Assembly (NCBI GenBank): GCA_903824185.1
Contig: CAIJVU010000003.1
Location: 45,434-109,433 of the forward strand
Direction: 5' to 3'
Origin: an uncultured Hyphomicrobiales bacterium
Lineage (GTDB): Bacteria > Pseudomonadota > Alphaproteobacteria > Rhizobiales > Beijerinckiaceae
DNA: 64,000 bases
Shown here: piece after piece, positions 1-9,147 of the stretch
How positions within the stretch are numbered: position 1 is the first letter of the stretch
Layout: every line of letters starts with the position of its first letter
Program-made: the position numbers and the translations under genes
Notes under the pieces: generated by a model
What the model was told of the DNA's origin: nothing
The model's input: only the letters and a program-made list of their open reading frames with translations
Database searches by the model: none

Positions 1-225
1 GAGAAGATCGGGCTTGATGCCGAGCCAATGCAAATCCATCTCGATAGAGTCAGCATATTCACGCCGCGAGCGTTCCACATCCGTGTCATCAAAGCGCAAG
101 ATGAAATCGCCCATCTGCGATTTGGAAAACAACCAATTCATCAGAGCTGTGCGGGCATTGCCGATATGGATGCGCCCAGTGGGAGAGGGTGCAAAGCGAA
201 CTTTGGTTTTCATAGGCGTGGTCAT
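1..225 (-). CDS. gltX: glutamate--tRNA ligase, N-terminal 75 codons only (gene runs off the left edge)
   Basis: Absent from the ORF track because it is truncated. My reverse-complement translation from the ATG at 225-223 reads [75 protein letters not shown]. This shows a class I HIGH-type motif ([16 protein letters not shown]) plus the DDTD block of GluRS catalytic cores. Confidence 0.78.
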   Translation of the reverse strand, partial: MTTPMKTKVRFAPSPTGRIHIGNARTALMNWLFSKSQMGDFILRFDDTDVERSRREYADSIEMDLHWLGIKPDLL

Positions 226-1977
226 TTAAAATTCCGTTCCATCAGGCGCGAATTTTCCGCGCGGCGCTTTCAGCAAAGAAAGGTCCGGTTGAAAAGACAA
301 GGGCATCTCGTCACGAAAACGATTCACAATCGGATAGCGGCGGTCGCGCCCGAAATTCCGCAAGGTGACTTTCACACCAGGGGCCGATTGCCGTCTTTTA
401 TATTCGGCCAGTGTCAGCAACCGCTCGATGCGTCTGACAACAGCCTCCTGAAATCCGTCTGCGATAATCTCCGCGACATGCATCTCGCGTTCCACCAAAC
501 GCTCAAGCACCGCATCCAGTATTTCATAGGGGGGCAATGAGTCCTGATCCGTCTGGTTGTCGCGCAATTCGGCAGAAGGCGCCTTGGTCAAAATCCGTTC
601 CGGAATGACAATGCCATCAGGCCCGAGCGCACCCAAAGGCCGCCACTCATTCCGCAAAGCAGAGAGGCGATAGACCTCCATTTTATAAATATCTTTGATC
701 GGGTTGAAGCCGCCATTCATATCGCCATACAGCGTGGCATAGCCCACCGACATTTCCGATTTATTGCCTGTGGTCACCACCATCGAACCAAATTTGTTCG
801 AAATCGCCATCAAGATCGCGCCACGCGTGCGGCTTTGCAAATTCTCTTCGGTAATGTCTGGGGTACGGCCTGCAAATAAAGGAGAAAGCGCCGTCTCCAG
901 AGCCTCGACCGGCTCTGAGATGCCCACGCTGTCATAGCGGATGCCCAAAGCCTTGGCACAAGCCTCGGCATCTTCCAGACTATGCGAAGAGGTATAACGC
1001 GAAGGCAACATCACAGCCTGAACGCGCTCTGGTCCCAAAGCATCAACGGCCATGGCAGCACACAAAGCTGAGTCAATGCCACCTGACAGGCCAAGCACCA
1101 CGCCCGGAAATCTGTTTTTCTCGACATAGTCGCGAAGGCCCAAAACACAGGCGGCATAATCGCCCGCATCACCCTCTTCGATCACAGCCTTGGTCGCATC
1201 GGCACAATGCCAGCCATTGGGTCCGTTCTGCCAATGGGTCACCACAATCGCTTCGCGAAACGCTGGCAGCTGGGCGGCTAAAGAGCAATCGGCATTGAGG
1301 ACAAAGGAAGCACCGTCAAAAACCAATTCGTCCTGTCCGCCGATCTGGTTGAGATAGACAAGCGGCAAGCCGCTTTCACGCACCCGCGCCACACCAATAT
1401 TCAACCGCGTATCGGTCTTATCCCGCCAATAGGGCGAACCATTGGGAACGAGCAAAATCTCAGACCCTGTTTCCGACAAACATTCCACCACATCCGGCGT
1501 CCAGATATCCTCGCAAATCGGCAGGCCGATCCGCACGCCTTTGATGACAACCGGACCTGGCATGGCACCGGACACAAAAACGCGTTTTTCATCGAACACG
1601 CCATAATTAGGTAAATCCACCTTGTGGCGGACCGCCTCAATCAGGCCATTCGAGAGCAGCACATAGGCATTGGTGAGCTTGCCGTCTTCCATCCAGGGCA
1701 AGCCGATCAACACATCAGGCCCACCGTCTGCCGTCTCGCGCGCCAATGTTTCACAGGCTTCCCGACAGGCATTTTGAAAGGCAGGCCTGAGGACGAGATC
1801 CTCAGGCGGATAACCGGCCAGAAATAATTCCGGCAGCATCACAACATCCGCTCCAAGCCGCGCGGCTTCTGCGCGCGCATGGCGGGCTTTCTCCAGATTT
1901 CCGGAGACATCACCAAGGGTGGGATTGAGTTGCGCAAGCGCAATGGTCAGTCGTGCAATACGGGTCATGACCCGCAT
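226..1977 (-). CDS. nadE: glutamine-dependent NAD+ synthetase (N-terminal CN-hydrolase/glutaminase domain plus C-terminal NAD synthase domain)
   Basis: 583 aa ORF. The N-terminus (IALAQLNPTLGDVSGN ... LPELFLAGYPPEDL ... ICEDIW) is nitrilase-superfamily-like. The C-terminal half carries the PP-loop SGGIDS and the TTGNKSE/GYATLYGD motifs of NadE. Confidence 0.93.
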   Translation of the reverse strand: MRVMTRIARLTIALAQLNPTLGDVSGNLEKARHARAEAARLGADVVMLPELFLAGYPPEDLVLRPAFQNACREACETLARETADGGPDVLIGLPWMEDGKLTNAYVLLSNGLIEAVRHKVDLPNYGVFDEKRVFVSGAMPGPVVIKGVRIGLPICEDIWTPDVVECLSETGSEILLVPNGSPYWRDKTDTRLNIGVARVRESGLPLVYLNQIGGQDELVFDGASFVLNADCSLAAQLPAFREAIVVTHWQNGPNGWHCADATKAVIEEGDAGDYAACVLGLRDYVEKNRFPGVVLGLSGGIDSALCAAMAVDALGPERVQAVMLPSRYTSSHSLEDAEACAKALGIRYDSVGISEPVEALETALSPLFAGRTPDITEENLQSRTRGAILMAISNKFGSMVVTTGNKSEMSVGYATLYGDMNGGFNPIKDIYKMEVYRLSALRNEWRPLGALGPDGIVIPERILTKAPSAELRDNQTDQDSLPPYEILDAVLERLVEREMHVAEIIADGFQEAVVRRIERLLTLAEYKRRQSAPGVKVTLRNFGRDRRYPIVNRFRDEMPLSFQPDLSLLKAPRGKFAPDGTEF

Positions 1978-2070
1978 TTAACGCGCCATGACGGATCCCG
2001 CAATCAGGCAACCGCACCCAATTGACGCTTTCAGCGGGAAAATTTCATGAAAATGCGTAAATCAGCCCCT

Positions 2071-2853
2071 TCAGGCATGAAACGCATAGGCATCCATCAT
2101 CAAGACCCCATATTGGTGGCTGGTATGGATACGCGCTCCCACGGCCCTCTCACCCGCCGCCCCCAAAGCGACATAAAGGGGCAAAAGATGTTCCTCGGTG
2201 GGGTGATTGCGCACCGCATGCGGGGCGCGTGTACAATAATGCAGCAAGGCATCGATGTCGCCCGCCACCAGTTGTTGATCGAGCCACTCACCGAAAATTG
2301 TCACCCAATCAGGCGCCGGAGCGTCCAAGGGATAGTGATTGCCGAACAATTCCCGCAAATTATGCGTAGCGGCGCCAGACCCAAGGATGAGCACATTTTA
2401 CTGTGTCAAAGGCGCGAGTGCGCGGCCGATTGTGTAATGCCACTCAGGCCCCGCCTCAGGATTGACCGAAAACTGCACAACCGGAATATCCGCTTGCGGC
2501 CGCATCAGCAACAAGGGCACCCAAGTGCCATGATCATAACCGCGCCCCTCTTCCAAGCGCGACTCAATACCGGCTTGCTTGAGTAAATCCGCAACCTCTG
2601 CCGCAAGCTCAGGTGCGCCCGGTGCCGGATAGACCAAGCGGCGCAAAGCCGGATCAAATCCACCAAAATCATAAATCATATCGGGCTGTGCATCGACGGA
2701 GAGGGTCGGAACCTCATGCATATAATGGGCGCTGACAACCAAAATGGCCTTGGGCAAAACCGGCCCCACGCCATAGGCTTTCATAAAATCAGCAGCAGCG
2801 GAGGGATGCAGCGCCAGATCGGGGGCACCGTGGGAAACAAAAATCGGGTTCAT
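2071..2853 (-). pseudogene. YgiD/LigB-type 4,5-DOPA-dioxygenase-like class III extradiol dioxygenase, interrupted by one in-frame TAA (2400-2398)
   Basis: ORFs 2398..2853 (MNPIFVSHGAPDLAL...VSAHY...FGGF...YPAPG) and 2071..2394 (..LILGSGAATHNLRE...EEHLLPLYVALGA) are in the same frame. They are separated only by TAA-AAT. The junction reads LAPLTQ*NVLILGSGAATHNL, collinear with the LAALRDEGIMLVASGNVVHNL region of E. coli YgiD as I remember it. The combined length of about 260 codons equals a full-length family member. Confidence 0.75.
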
Positions 2854-3010
2854 CTGACTTATTCCTTAACCATGCCACCATGCACGCAAACCCCTCGAAA
2901 GCTGAGAGGATGAGCCTGATAAATCACGGGGCTTTTCTCACATCGCTTCCAGAATGAAGGATGAATACTGTGATGATCTATAATTCTTTAGAAGCAAGAC
3001 TAGCAAAAAA

Positions 3011-3814
3011 TCACTGATTTTGCCATTCAATGGTAATTGTCCCATCGCTTTGATGAACAAATGAAATTTTCATTTCGTGCTTTTTGTGCTGCGCGATAAA
3101 ATCAATTTGGTTTAATGTGATCAGGTCATAACCCAAATTTTCAACAAAACTTAATAATTCTGCTCGTTTTTCTCTGAAAAAATCTTTGTTCCATGCTTCA
3201 AATAAAATAGGCGGATAATCTGCTTTTTTTAAAAATTCAACACCTCCTTTGAAGACGTCTAACTCATATCCTTCCACATCAATTTTGATTAGGGCGGGCG
3301 GTTTTTTCAGAACCAAAGAATCAAGCGTGACAATCGGAACAAATGTTGTTTCGGATTGGATTGAATCTTCAATCCCCTCATTCTGCCTATATTCTTGATG
3401 GAATGAAAAGGCACCGGCATTGTGGTTGTTATTGTAATCAATTTTCGGAATTTCAATATCGCCGTTATATTGGCCGACAGCCTTATGATGGGCTCTTAAA
3501 TTATCCAGCCTGTTTAATATGATATTACCGCATAATTGATAATAGATAATCTCTTGTGGCTCGAAGGCTATCACTTCTCCACCCGCTGAAAGAAGATCTT
3601 TGGCAATCGGTAATGAATAAGCACCAAGATTGGCACCAATATCCAAGATCAAAGGAGCCTCCACTCTGGAATAAATTGTTTTGCTGATAACAAATGAGTT
3701 TCTGTCCCATTCGCCATTCCTGAAAATTTCATTTGTAATTAAATCACTATTGGCAAATACCATGTAATCAACCTGATCGGCCTTAATGATGCCTACTCTT
3801 GGTAACATGATCAT
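3011..3814 (-). CDS. FkbM-family SAM-dependent methyltransferase (orphan, in an A+T-rich islet)
   Basis: 267 aa. It has LDIGANLGAYSLPIA followed by VIAFEPQ and a later IKIDVEGYE block, the characteristic FkbM-family layout. The base composition is visibly much more A+T-rich than both flanks. Confidence 0.8.
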   Translation of the reverse strand: MIMLPRVGIIKADQVDYMVFANSDLITNEIFRNGEWDRNSFVISKTIYSRVEAPLILDIGANLGAYSLPIAKDLLSAGGEVIAFEPQEIIYYQLCGNIILNRLDNLRAHHKAVGQYNGDIEIPKIDYNNNHNAGAFSFHQEYRQNEGIEDSIQSETTFVPIVTLDSLVLKKPPALIKIDVEGYELDVFKGGVEFLKKADYPPILFEAWNKDFFREKRAELLSFVENLGYDLITLNQIDFIAQHKKHEMKISFVHQSDGTITIEWQNQ

Positions 3815-4008
3815 GATCCCTTCAAAAAAATTTCATGGCAATAACGCATCATAGCACATGGCCAAGCGACTCATTGAAATACAAAAAAACGATAAATCAA
3901 CACGCATTGCGCAAACGCATCATGCAAGAACGCTTTAAACAAACAAAATTTATCTCGCTATGCTTTGAGCGTAGCGCCTTTGAACGAGGCCAACCCATTG
4001 CTGCAGGC

Positions 4009-5394
4009 TTACTCCGCAGCGGTTGCAGGAACCCGCCCCCGCAAGGCCTTTTCCTTTTTCAGAAACTCCGCAATCAGGAATGCCGCTTCCAGAGCCTGTT
4101 CGGCATTCAAGCGCGGGTCGCAATAGGTGTGATAGCGATCATGCAGATCTTCATCGGAAATCGCGCGCGCACCGCCGGTACATTCGGTGACATTCTTGCC
4201 CGTCATCTCCAGATGAATCCCCCCTGCATGGCTTCCTTCAGCACGATGCATTTCAAAGAATGTACGCAGTTCGGACAAAATCTGATCAAATGGACGGGTC
4301 TTGTAACCGCTCGGTGATGACAATGTATTGCCATGCATCGGATCACAGGACCACACAACAGAGCGTCCCTCGCGCTGCACGGCTTTCACCAATGCGGGCA
4401 AATGCTGTTGGGCTTTATCCGCGCCAAACCGCGCGATCAATGTCAGACGTCCGGCCTCATTATCGGGGTTGAGGACATCAATCAATTTGAGCAAGCCATC
4501 GGTGGTTGTGGACGGGCCACATTTCAAGCCGATGGGATTGCGAATGCCACGGCAATATTCAACATGCGCGTGATCGATTTGGCGGGTCCGATCCCCGATC
4601 CAAACCATGTGGCCTGAGGTCGCATACCAATCCCCTGTCGTGGAATCGACGCGGGTCAAAGCCTGCTCGTAGCCCAAGAGCAAAGCCTCATGCGAGGTGT
4701 AGAAATCCGTTGCACGCAATTCGGGATGCGCTTCGGGATCAAGGCCGATGGCCCGCATAAAATCAAGTGTCTCGGTAATACGCCCCGCCAGCTCTTCATA
4801 GCGGTGAGACAAGGGACTATCTTTGACAAAGCCCAACATCCAGCGATGCGCGTTTTCCAGATTGGCGTAACCGCCAGTTGCAAAGGCACGCAACAAATTC
4901 AATGTCGCTGCTGATTGGCGATAGGCATCAAGCTGGCGTGCTGGATCGGGAATGCGTGATGCTTCCGTGAAGTCGATCCCGTTGATGATGTCACCGCGAT
5001 AAGACGGCAGTTCGATCCCACCTTGCTTTTCAACATTGGAGGAACGGGGCTTGGCAAATTGTCCTGCAATCCGCCCTACTTTCACTACAGGCGATGAACC
5101 CGCAAAGGTCAGCACAACCGCCATTTGCAAAAACAGACGGAAAAAATCTCTGATATTGTCGGCAGAATGTTCTCCGAAACTCTCGGCGCAATCACCACCT
5201 TGAATCAAGAAAGCATCACCTGTCGCAACGCGCGCCAAAGCGCGTTTCAATTTGCGGGCTTCACCGGCGAAAACAAGAGGCGGAAAACCTGCTATCTGTG
5301 TTTCAACCGCTGTTAAAGCCTGCTGGTCCGGATAGGCTGGCACCTGCTGGATCGGCTTATCCCGCCAAGACGAAGGTGTCCAACGCTGTGTCAT
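4009..5394 (-). CDS. class II (plant/actinobacterial-type) 3-deoxy-7-phosphoheptulonate (DAHP) synthase
   Basis: 461 aa. It starts with W.P.SWR.KP..Q.P.YPD and contains [33 protein letters not shown] and GG.HLE.TG, which are typical class II DAHPS blocks. Confidence 0.92.
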   Translation of the reverse strand: MTQRWTPSSWRDKPIQQVPAYPDQQALTAVETQIAGFPPLVFAGEARKLKRALARVATGDAFLIQGGDCAESFGEHSADNIRDFFRLFLQMAVVLTFAGSSPVVKVGRIAGQFAKPRSSNVEKQGGIELPSYRGDIINGIDFTEASRIPDPARQLDAYRQSAATLNLLRAFATGGYANLENAHRWMLGFVKDSPLSHRYEELAGRITETLDFMRAIGLDPEAHPELRATDFYTSHEALLLGYEQALTRVDSTTGDWYATSGHMVWIGDRTRQIDHAHVEYCRGIRNPIGLKCGPSTTTDGLLKLIDVLNPDNEAGRLTLIARFGADKAQQHLPALVKAVQREGRSVVWSCDPMHGNTLSSPSGYKTRPFDQILSELRTFFEMHRAEGSHAGGIHLEMTGKNVTECTGGARAISDEDLHDRYHTYCDPRLNAEQALEAAFLIAEFLKKEKALRGRVPATAAE

Positions 5395-5559
5395 AATCCT
5401 ATCTCCGATCCAGACCTACAAATGACGCGCAATGCATACGCCCCAGCCGTGCGCGTGGCGAACATGGGCAGACAGGCCTTATACCCAACGCCACAGAAAA
5501 AACAAAGAAAAAGCAGTCCCGCTGATACAAAAATACAAAAAAACGAGGTAAAAAAAGCC

Positions 5560-6942
5560 TCAATTTGGCTGATATGGCGTTCTCATCGTCACCAATTCCT
5601 CGGCTGCGGTTGGATGCACAGCCATGGTCAAATCAAAGTCCTGCTTGGTGGCACCCATGCGCATGGCGATGCCGAGGCACTGGATCATTTCGCCGGAGGC
5701 CTCGCCGAGAATATGGACTCCTAGCATTTTGTCGGTGTCGCCATCCACCACCAATTTCATCAATACACGATCGCTGCGGCCTGACAATGTCGCCTTCATG
5801 GGGCGAAAATCGGTGCGGTAAATCACCACATTCGGATAGCGTTCACGGGCCTCGGTTTCCGTCAAGCCAACCGTCCCCAATTCGGGCGTCGAGAAGACGG
5901 CGGTCGCAATCATATCATGGGACGCGCGCACGGGCTTATTGCCGAAATACGTGTCGGCATAAGCATGGCCTTCGCGGATCGCCACAGGCGTTAGTGTAAC
6001 GCGGTCTGTCACGTCCCCCACCGCATGGATGGAGGGAATATTGGTCGCCGAATCCGCATCCACAGAAATGGCATTGTTCCGACCCGTGATCACCCCTGCC
6101 GCCTCAAGACCCAATCCCTGCACATTCGGCAAGCGACCGGTGGCATAGAGCACACGCTCACACGCCAGCGATGTCCCGTCTTGCAAAGCCACAACCAAAC
6201 GACCGCGCGCACCTTCAATCCGCGCCACCGATGTCATGGTTTTGATCACAATACCCTGCGCGATCATCGACTGCGTCAAAGCCGCACGCAGATCCTCGTC
6301 AAACCGCGGCAAGACTTTGTCACGCCTGATCACCAAAGTTACTTTCACGCCCAAGCGTTGCAGCAAACAAGCAAATTCAACGCCGATATAACCTGCCCCC
6401 ACAATCACCACGGATCGGGGCAATTGCTCCCACTCAAAAAAATCATCGGAACTTTCCGCCTGATCAATCCCCGGAACATCGTCCGGAAAAAAGGGCCGCG
6501 CGCCTGTGGCAATCAAAATGCGTTTGGCCGAAACCGTTTGCTGTGTCGCCAACAAAGAAACCGTATGCGGTCCCGTCAACACCGCCCGACTATTGACGAT
6601 CTCGACATTGGATTTCGCGAGATTGGCGCGATAGGCTTTTTCCAGCCGGTCGATTTCACGGTCTTTCTGCGTTTTGAGGATCGAAAAATCAAAGGAGGGC
6701 GGCTCCACATCCCAGCCAAACCCCGCCGCATCGCCCATGTCATCACCAAAGCGGCTGGCAAGCACATACAGTTTTTTGGGCACACAGCCACGGATCACAC
6801 ATGTCCCGCCCACACGGCTCTCTTCGGCCAACATGACCTTGGCCCCATAGCCTGCGGCAATACGCGCAGCCCGCACGCCTCCAGAGCCTCCACCGATCAC
6901 GAAAAGATCGACATCATGCGTCGCGTCATGCTGAGCGGACAT
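5560..6942 (-). CDS. gor: glutathione-disulfide reductase
   Basis: 460 aa. It has the FAD-binding DLFVIGGGSGGVRAAR motif, the redox-active GGTCVIRGCVPKK disulfide motif, a second dinucleotide fold (VIVGAGYIGVEFA) and the C-terminal HPT.AEE interface motif. Confidence 0.88.
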   Translation of the reverse strand: MSAQHDATHDVDLFVIGGGSGGVRAARIAAGYGAKVMLAEESRVGGTCVIRGCVPKKLYVLASRFGDDMGDAAGFGWDVEPPSFDFSILKTQKDREIDRLEKAYRANLAKSNVEIVNSRAVLTGPHTVSLLATQQTVSAKRILIATGARPFFPDDVPGIDQAESSDDFFEWEQLPRSVVIVGAGYIGVEFACLLQRLGVKVTLVIRRDKVLPRFDEDLRAALTQSMIAQGIVIKTMTSVARIEGARGRLVVALQDGTSLACERVLYATGRLPNVQGLGLEAAGVITGRNNAISVDADSATNIPSIHAVGDVTDRVTLTPVAIREGHAYADTYFGNKPVRASHDMIATAVFSTPELGTVGLTETEARERYPNVVIYRTDFRPMKATLSGRSDRVLMKLVVDGDTDKMLGVHILGEASGEMIQCLGIAMRMGATKQDFDLTMAVHPTAAEELVTMRTPYQPN

Positions 6943-6976
6943 AGCTTATCCTCATCCAAAAAAACAAAAAAAGGGA

Positions 6977-7681
6977 TCAGGCCAGATCACCCATCACCCG
7001 AATGCCCGATGATGTCGCCAAAACAGCGGCAGATGCAAGGCCTATAAACAAACCATGCTCAACAAGGCCGGTGACACCGTCCAAAGCCTGCGCAAGGGCT
7101 GCGGCATCGGCGATTTCTGCACAGGATGCATCGAGAATCACATGGCCGGAATCGGTGACAAACACCGAACCATCAGACTTTTTACGCAAGCTCAGCGCCC
7201 CATGACAGCCCTGCGCATCCAAAACCCTGCGCAGTCGTGCCTGTGTGGCGGCAAGCCCAAAAGAGACCACTTCAAGCGGCAAGGGAAAGCGTCCCAAACG
7301 CGCCACATTTTTGGTTTCATCCGCAATGATGATCAAACGCTTGGAGGCCAAGGCCACCATTTTTTCGCGCAAATGCGCACCACCGCCCCCTTTGATCAGG
7401 TGAAGAGCGGGATCGATTTCATCGGCCCCATCCACCGTCAAATCCAGTTCAGGCGTCTCGTCCAAAGTGGTTAGCGGAATGCCCAGAGAAAGTGCTTGTT
7501 GATAAGTGGCTTCCGAGGTCGGCACGCCCACAATGTGCAGCTTTTCTTGTTTGATCCGCTCGCCCAGCAAATCAACAAAATGACGGGCCGTCGAACCTGT
7601 TCCCAGCCCAAGGCGCATGTGATCGCGGACCTGCATGACTGCATAACTCGCAGCTTCGCGCTTCAAGGCCTCGAGATCCAT
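6977..7681 (-). CDS. rpiA: ribose-5-phosphate isomerase A
   Basis: 234 aa with [15 protein letters not shown] and KGGGGA..REK motifs. Confidence 0.92.
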   Translation of the reverse strand: MDLEALKREAASYAVMQVRDHMRLGLGTGSTARHFVDLLGERIKQEKLHIVGVPTSEATYQQALSLGIPLTTLDETPELDLTVDGADEIDPALHLIKGGGGAHLREKMVALASKRLIIIADETKNVARLGRFPLPLEVVSFGLAATQARLRRVLDAQGCHGALSLRKKSDGSVFVTDSGHVILDASCAEIADAAALAQALDGVTGLVEHGLFIGLASAAVLATSSGIRVMGDLA

Positions 7682-7808
7682 GGTCTTTTCCTTTTTCAGC
7701 TGATCGGCGATTGTGTGCCGTTTACAATGATTCCGCTGGCATCATGAACCAATCAGCTTGTAAAAACCAGACTTGACGTCAAAGACAAGATCATGCACCG
7801 CTTGTACC

Positions 7809-8504
7809 ATGACACAGAACATGAAACAGACAACGGCTTCCGATGAATTGCCCACAGTGGTTTTTGACCTTGACGGCACCTTGGCCGAAACAGGGCTTGA
7901 TCTTGTGGAAACACTCAACCGCGTGCTGGCGGAAATCGAGGTTCCACCCATCGGCTTTTTGCAAGCCCGCACCATGATCGGGCATGGCGCACGCGCTTTG
8001 ATAACGCTGGGGCTTGAAAGCCGCCACATTGTTGCCGATGACGCGTTGATGGATCAGCTTTTCCAACGCTTCATGGTGATTTACGAGGACCAGCTTTGCG
8101 TCAAAACCCATCTATATCCCGATGTGCTCACGGCCTTGCAAAGCCTTCATCATGCGGGCTATCGCATGGCTGTTTGCACCAATAAAATTGAAAAGCACTC
8201 GATTACACTATTACAAAAACTTCAAATCGCGCACTATTTTAAAGCCATTTGCGGGCGCGACACGTTCCCCTATTTCAAACCCGATGCACGCCACCTTGTT
8301 GACACCATCAAACAGGCCGGCGGCAATCCACGCAAGGCGATTATGGTGGGCGATTCCATCACCGATCTCGACACCGCGCGCAATGCGGGTCTCCCCTCCA
8401 TCGGGGTCACCTTTGGCTATACCACAACCCCGATGGCAGAGATGAAACCCGACCGCCTGATCGAGCATTACCGCGACCTCGTGGCGGCCATTCAAAGCCT
8501 CTGA
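7809..8504 (+). CDS. gph: HAD-superfamily phosphoglycolate phosphatase-like hydrolase
   Basis: HAD motif I (VVFDLDGTLAET), motif II (CTNK) and motif III/IV (KPD...MVGDS..D) are present. The track ORF begins at a TTG (7773). ATG 7809 or 7821 is the more likely start, and I cannot choose between them. Confidence 0.78.
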   Translation: MTQNMKQTTASDELPTVVFDLDGTLAETGLDLVETLNRVLAEIEVPPIGFLQARTMIGHGARALITLGLESRHIVADDALMDQLFQRFMVIYEDQLCVKTHLYPDVLTALQSLHHAGYRMAVCTNKIEKHSITLLQKLQIAHYFKAICGRDTFPYFKPDARHLVDTIKQAGGNPRKAIMVGDSITDLDTARNAGLPSIGVTFGYTTTPMAEMKPDRLIEHYRDLVAAIQSL

Positions 8505-8511
8505 ACCCATC

Positions 8512-8600
8512 TGGATAGGCCGAACAAAGTGCTGTGGGATAGTCTATCCCGCATAAAAACGGCCTGAATTTCCGACTGAACCAGTCTATCCAGCCTTTTT
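8512..8600 (+). terminator. compound inverted-repeat element ending in a T-run, directly after the gph stop (probable structured terminator or RNA element)
   Basis: TGGATAG (8512-8518) pairs with CTATCCA (8586-8592). GGCCG (8518-8522) pairs with CGGCC (8560-8564). The inner palindrome is GGGATAG-t-CTATCCC (8536-8550). The outer stem is followed by GCCTTTTTTC. Confidence 0.45.
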
Positions 8601-9147
8601 TCTTAAGCCGCCTATCTTGGAGCCGGAAAAAGCGGAATTTTGTGCCACCCGATGGAAAAAACCGGCTCATTGCGCTCAAAAATGATACGGCATCCTAGGG
8701 GCTACACTTTCGTCCGATAAGCGACACAAAACCTCATGGCAGGAACAAGACGTGTGTGCCCACCCAAAAGACCGTCGTTGAAAAAGATCAACTCTTTCAT
8801 CTGACACAGGGTGTCATTTTTTCTTAACGCAACCATTGCACGCATTATGAAGTTTAAATTTATTAAAATTCTTATTTTGCTAGAAAAATACAATATAAAA
8901 GCCAAAAATGCTGCATCGCACACATGAGTATCGGGACTATTTCTATAAAATTCCATGATCAAAACCTGTATTAAATGGCAGGCCGCGTGCTTACTTGGCA
9001 AATACTTGCAACTTGGTTATAAAATAAAAAAAACAAAATGACTTGGAATGACTTGTTGCGTCTTGTTCAACAGCGATCGATCGAAATTCAGTCAATAAAA
9101 GCCTTCAGTAAAATTTGTAAAAAATAAGACCCTCGGGAGGGGACAGA

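Noticed and set aside
8702-9001. A 99-aa minus-strand ORF in the A+T-rich intergenic region.
   Set aside because: It has implausible composition (Cys/Phe/Ile-rich with no domains), no RBS, and lies in DNA whose A+T richness makes long ORFs unlikely to be meaningful. I treat it as non-coding and flag the region itself instead.
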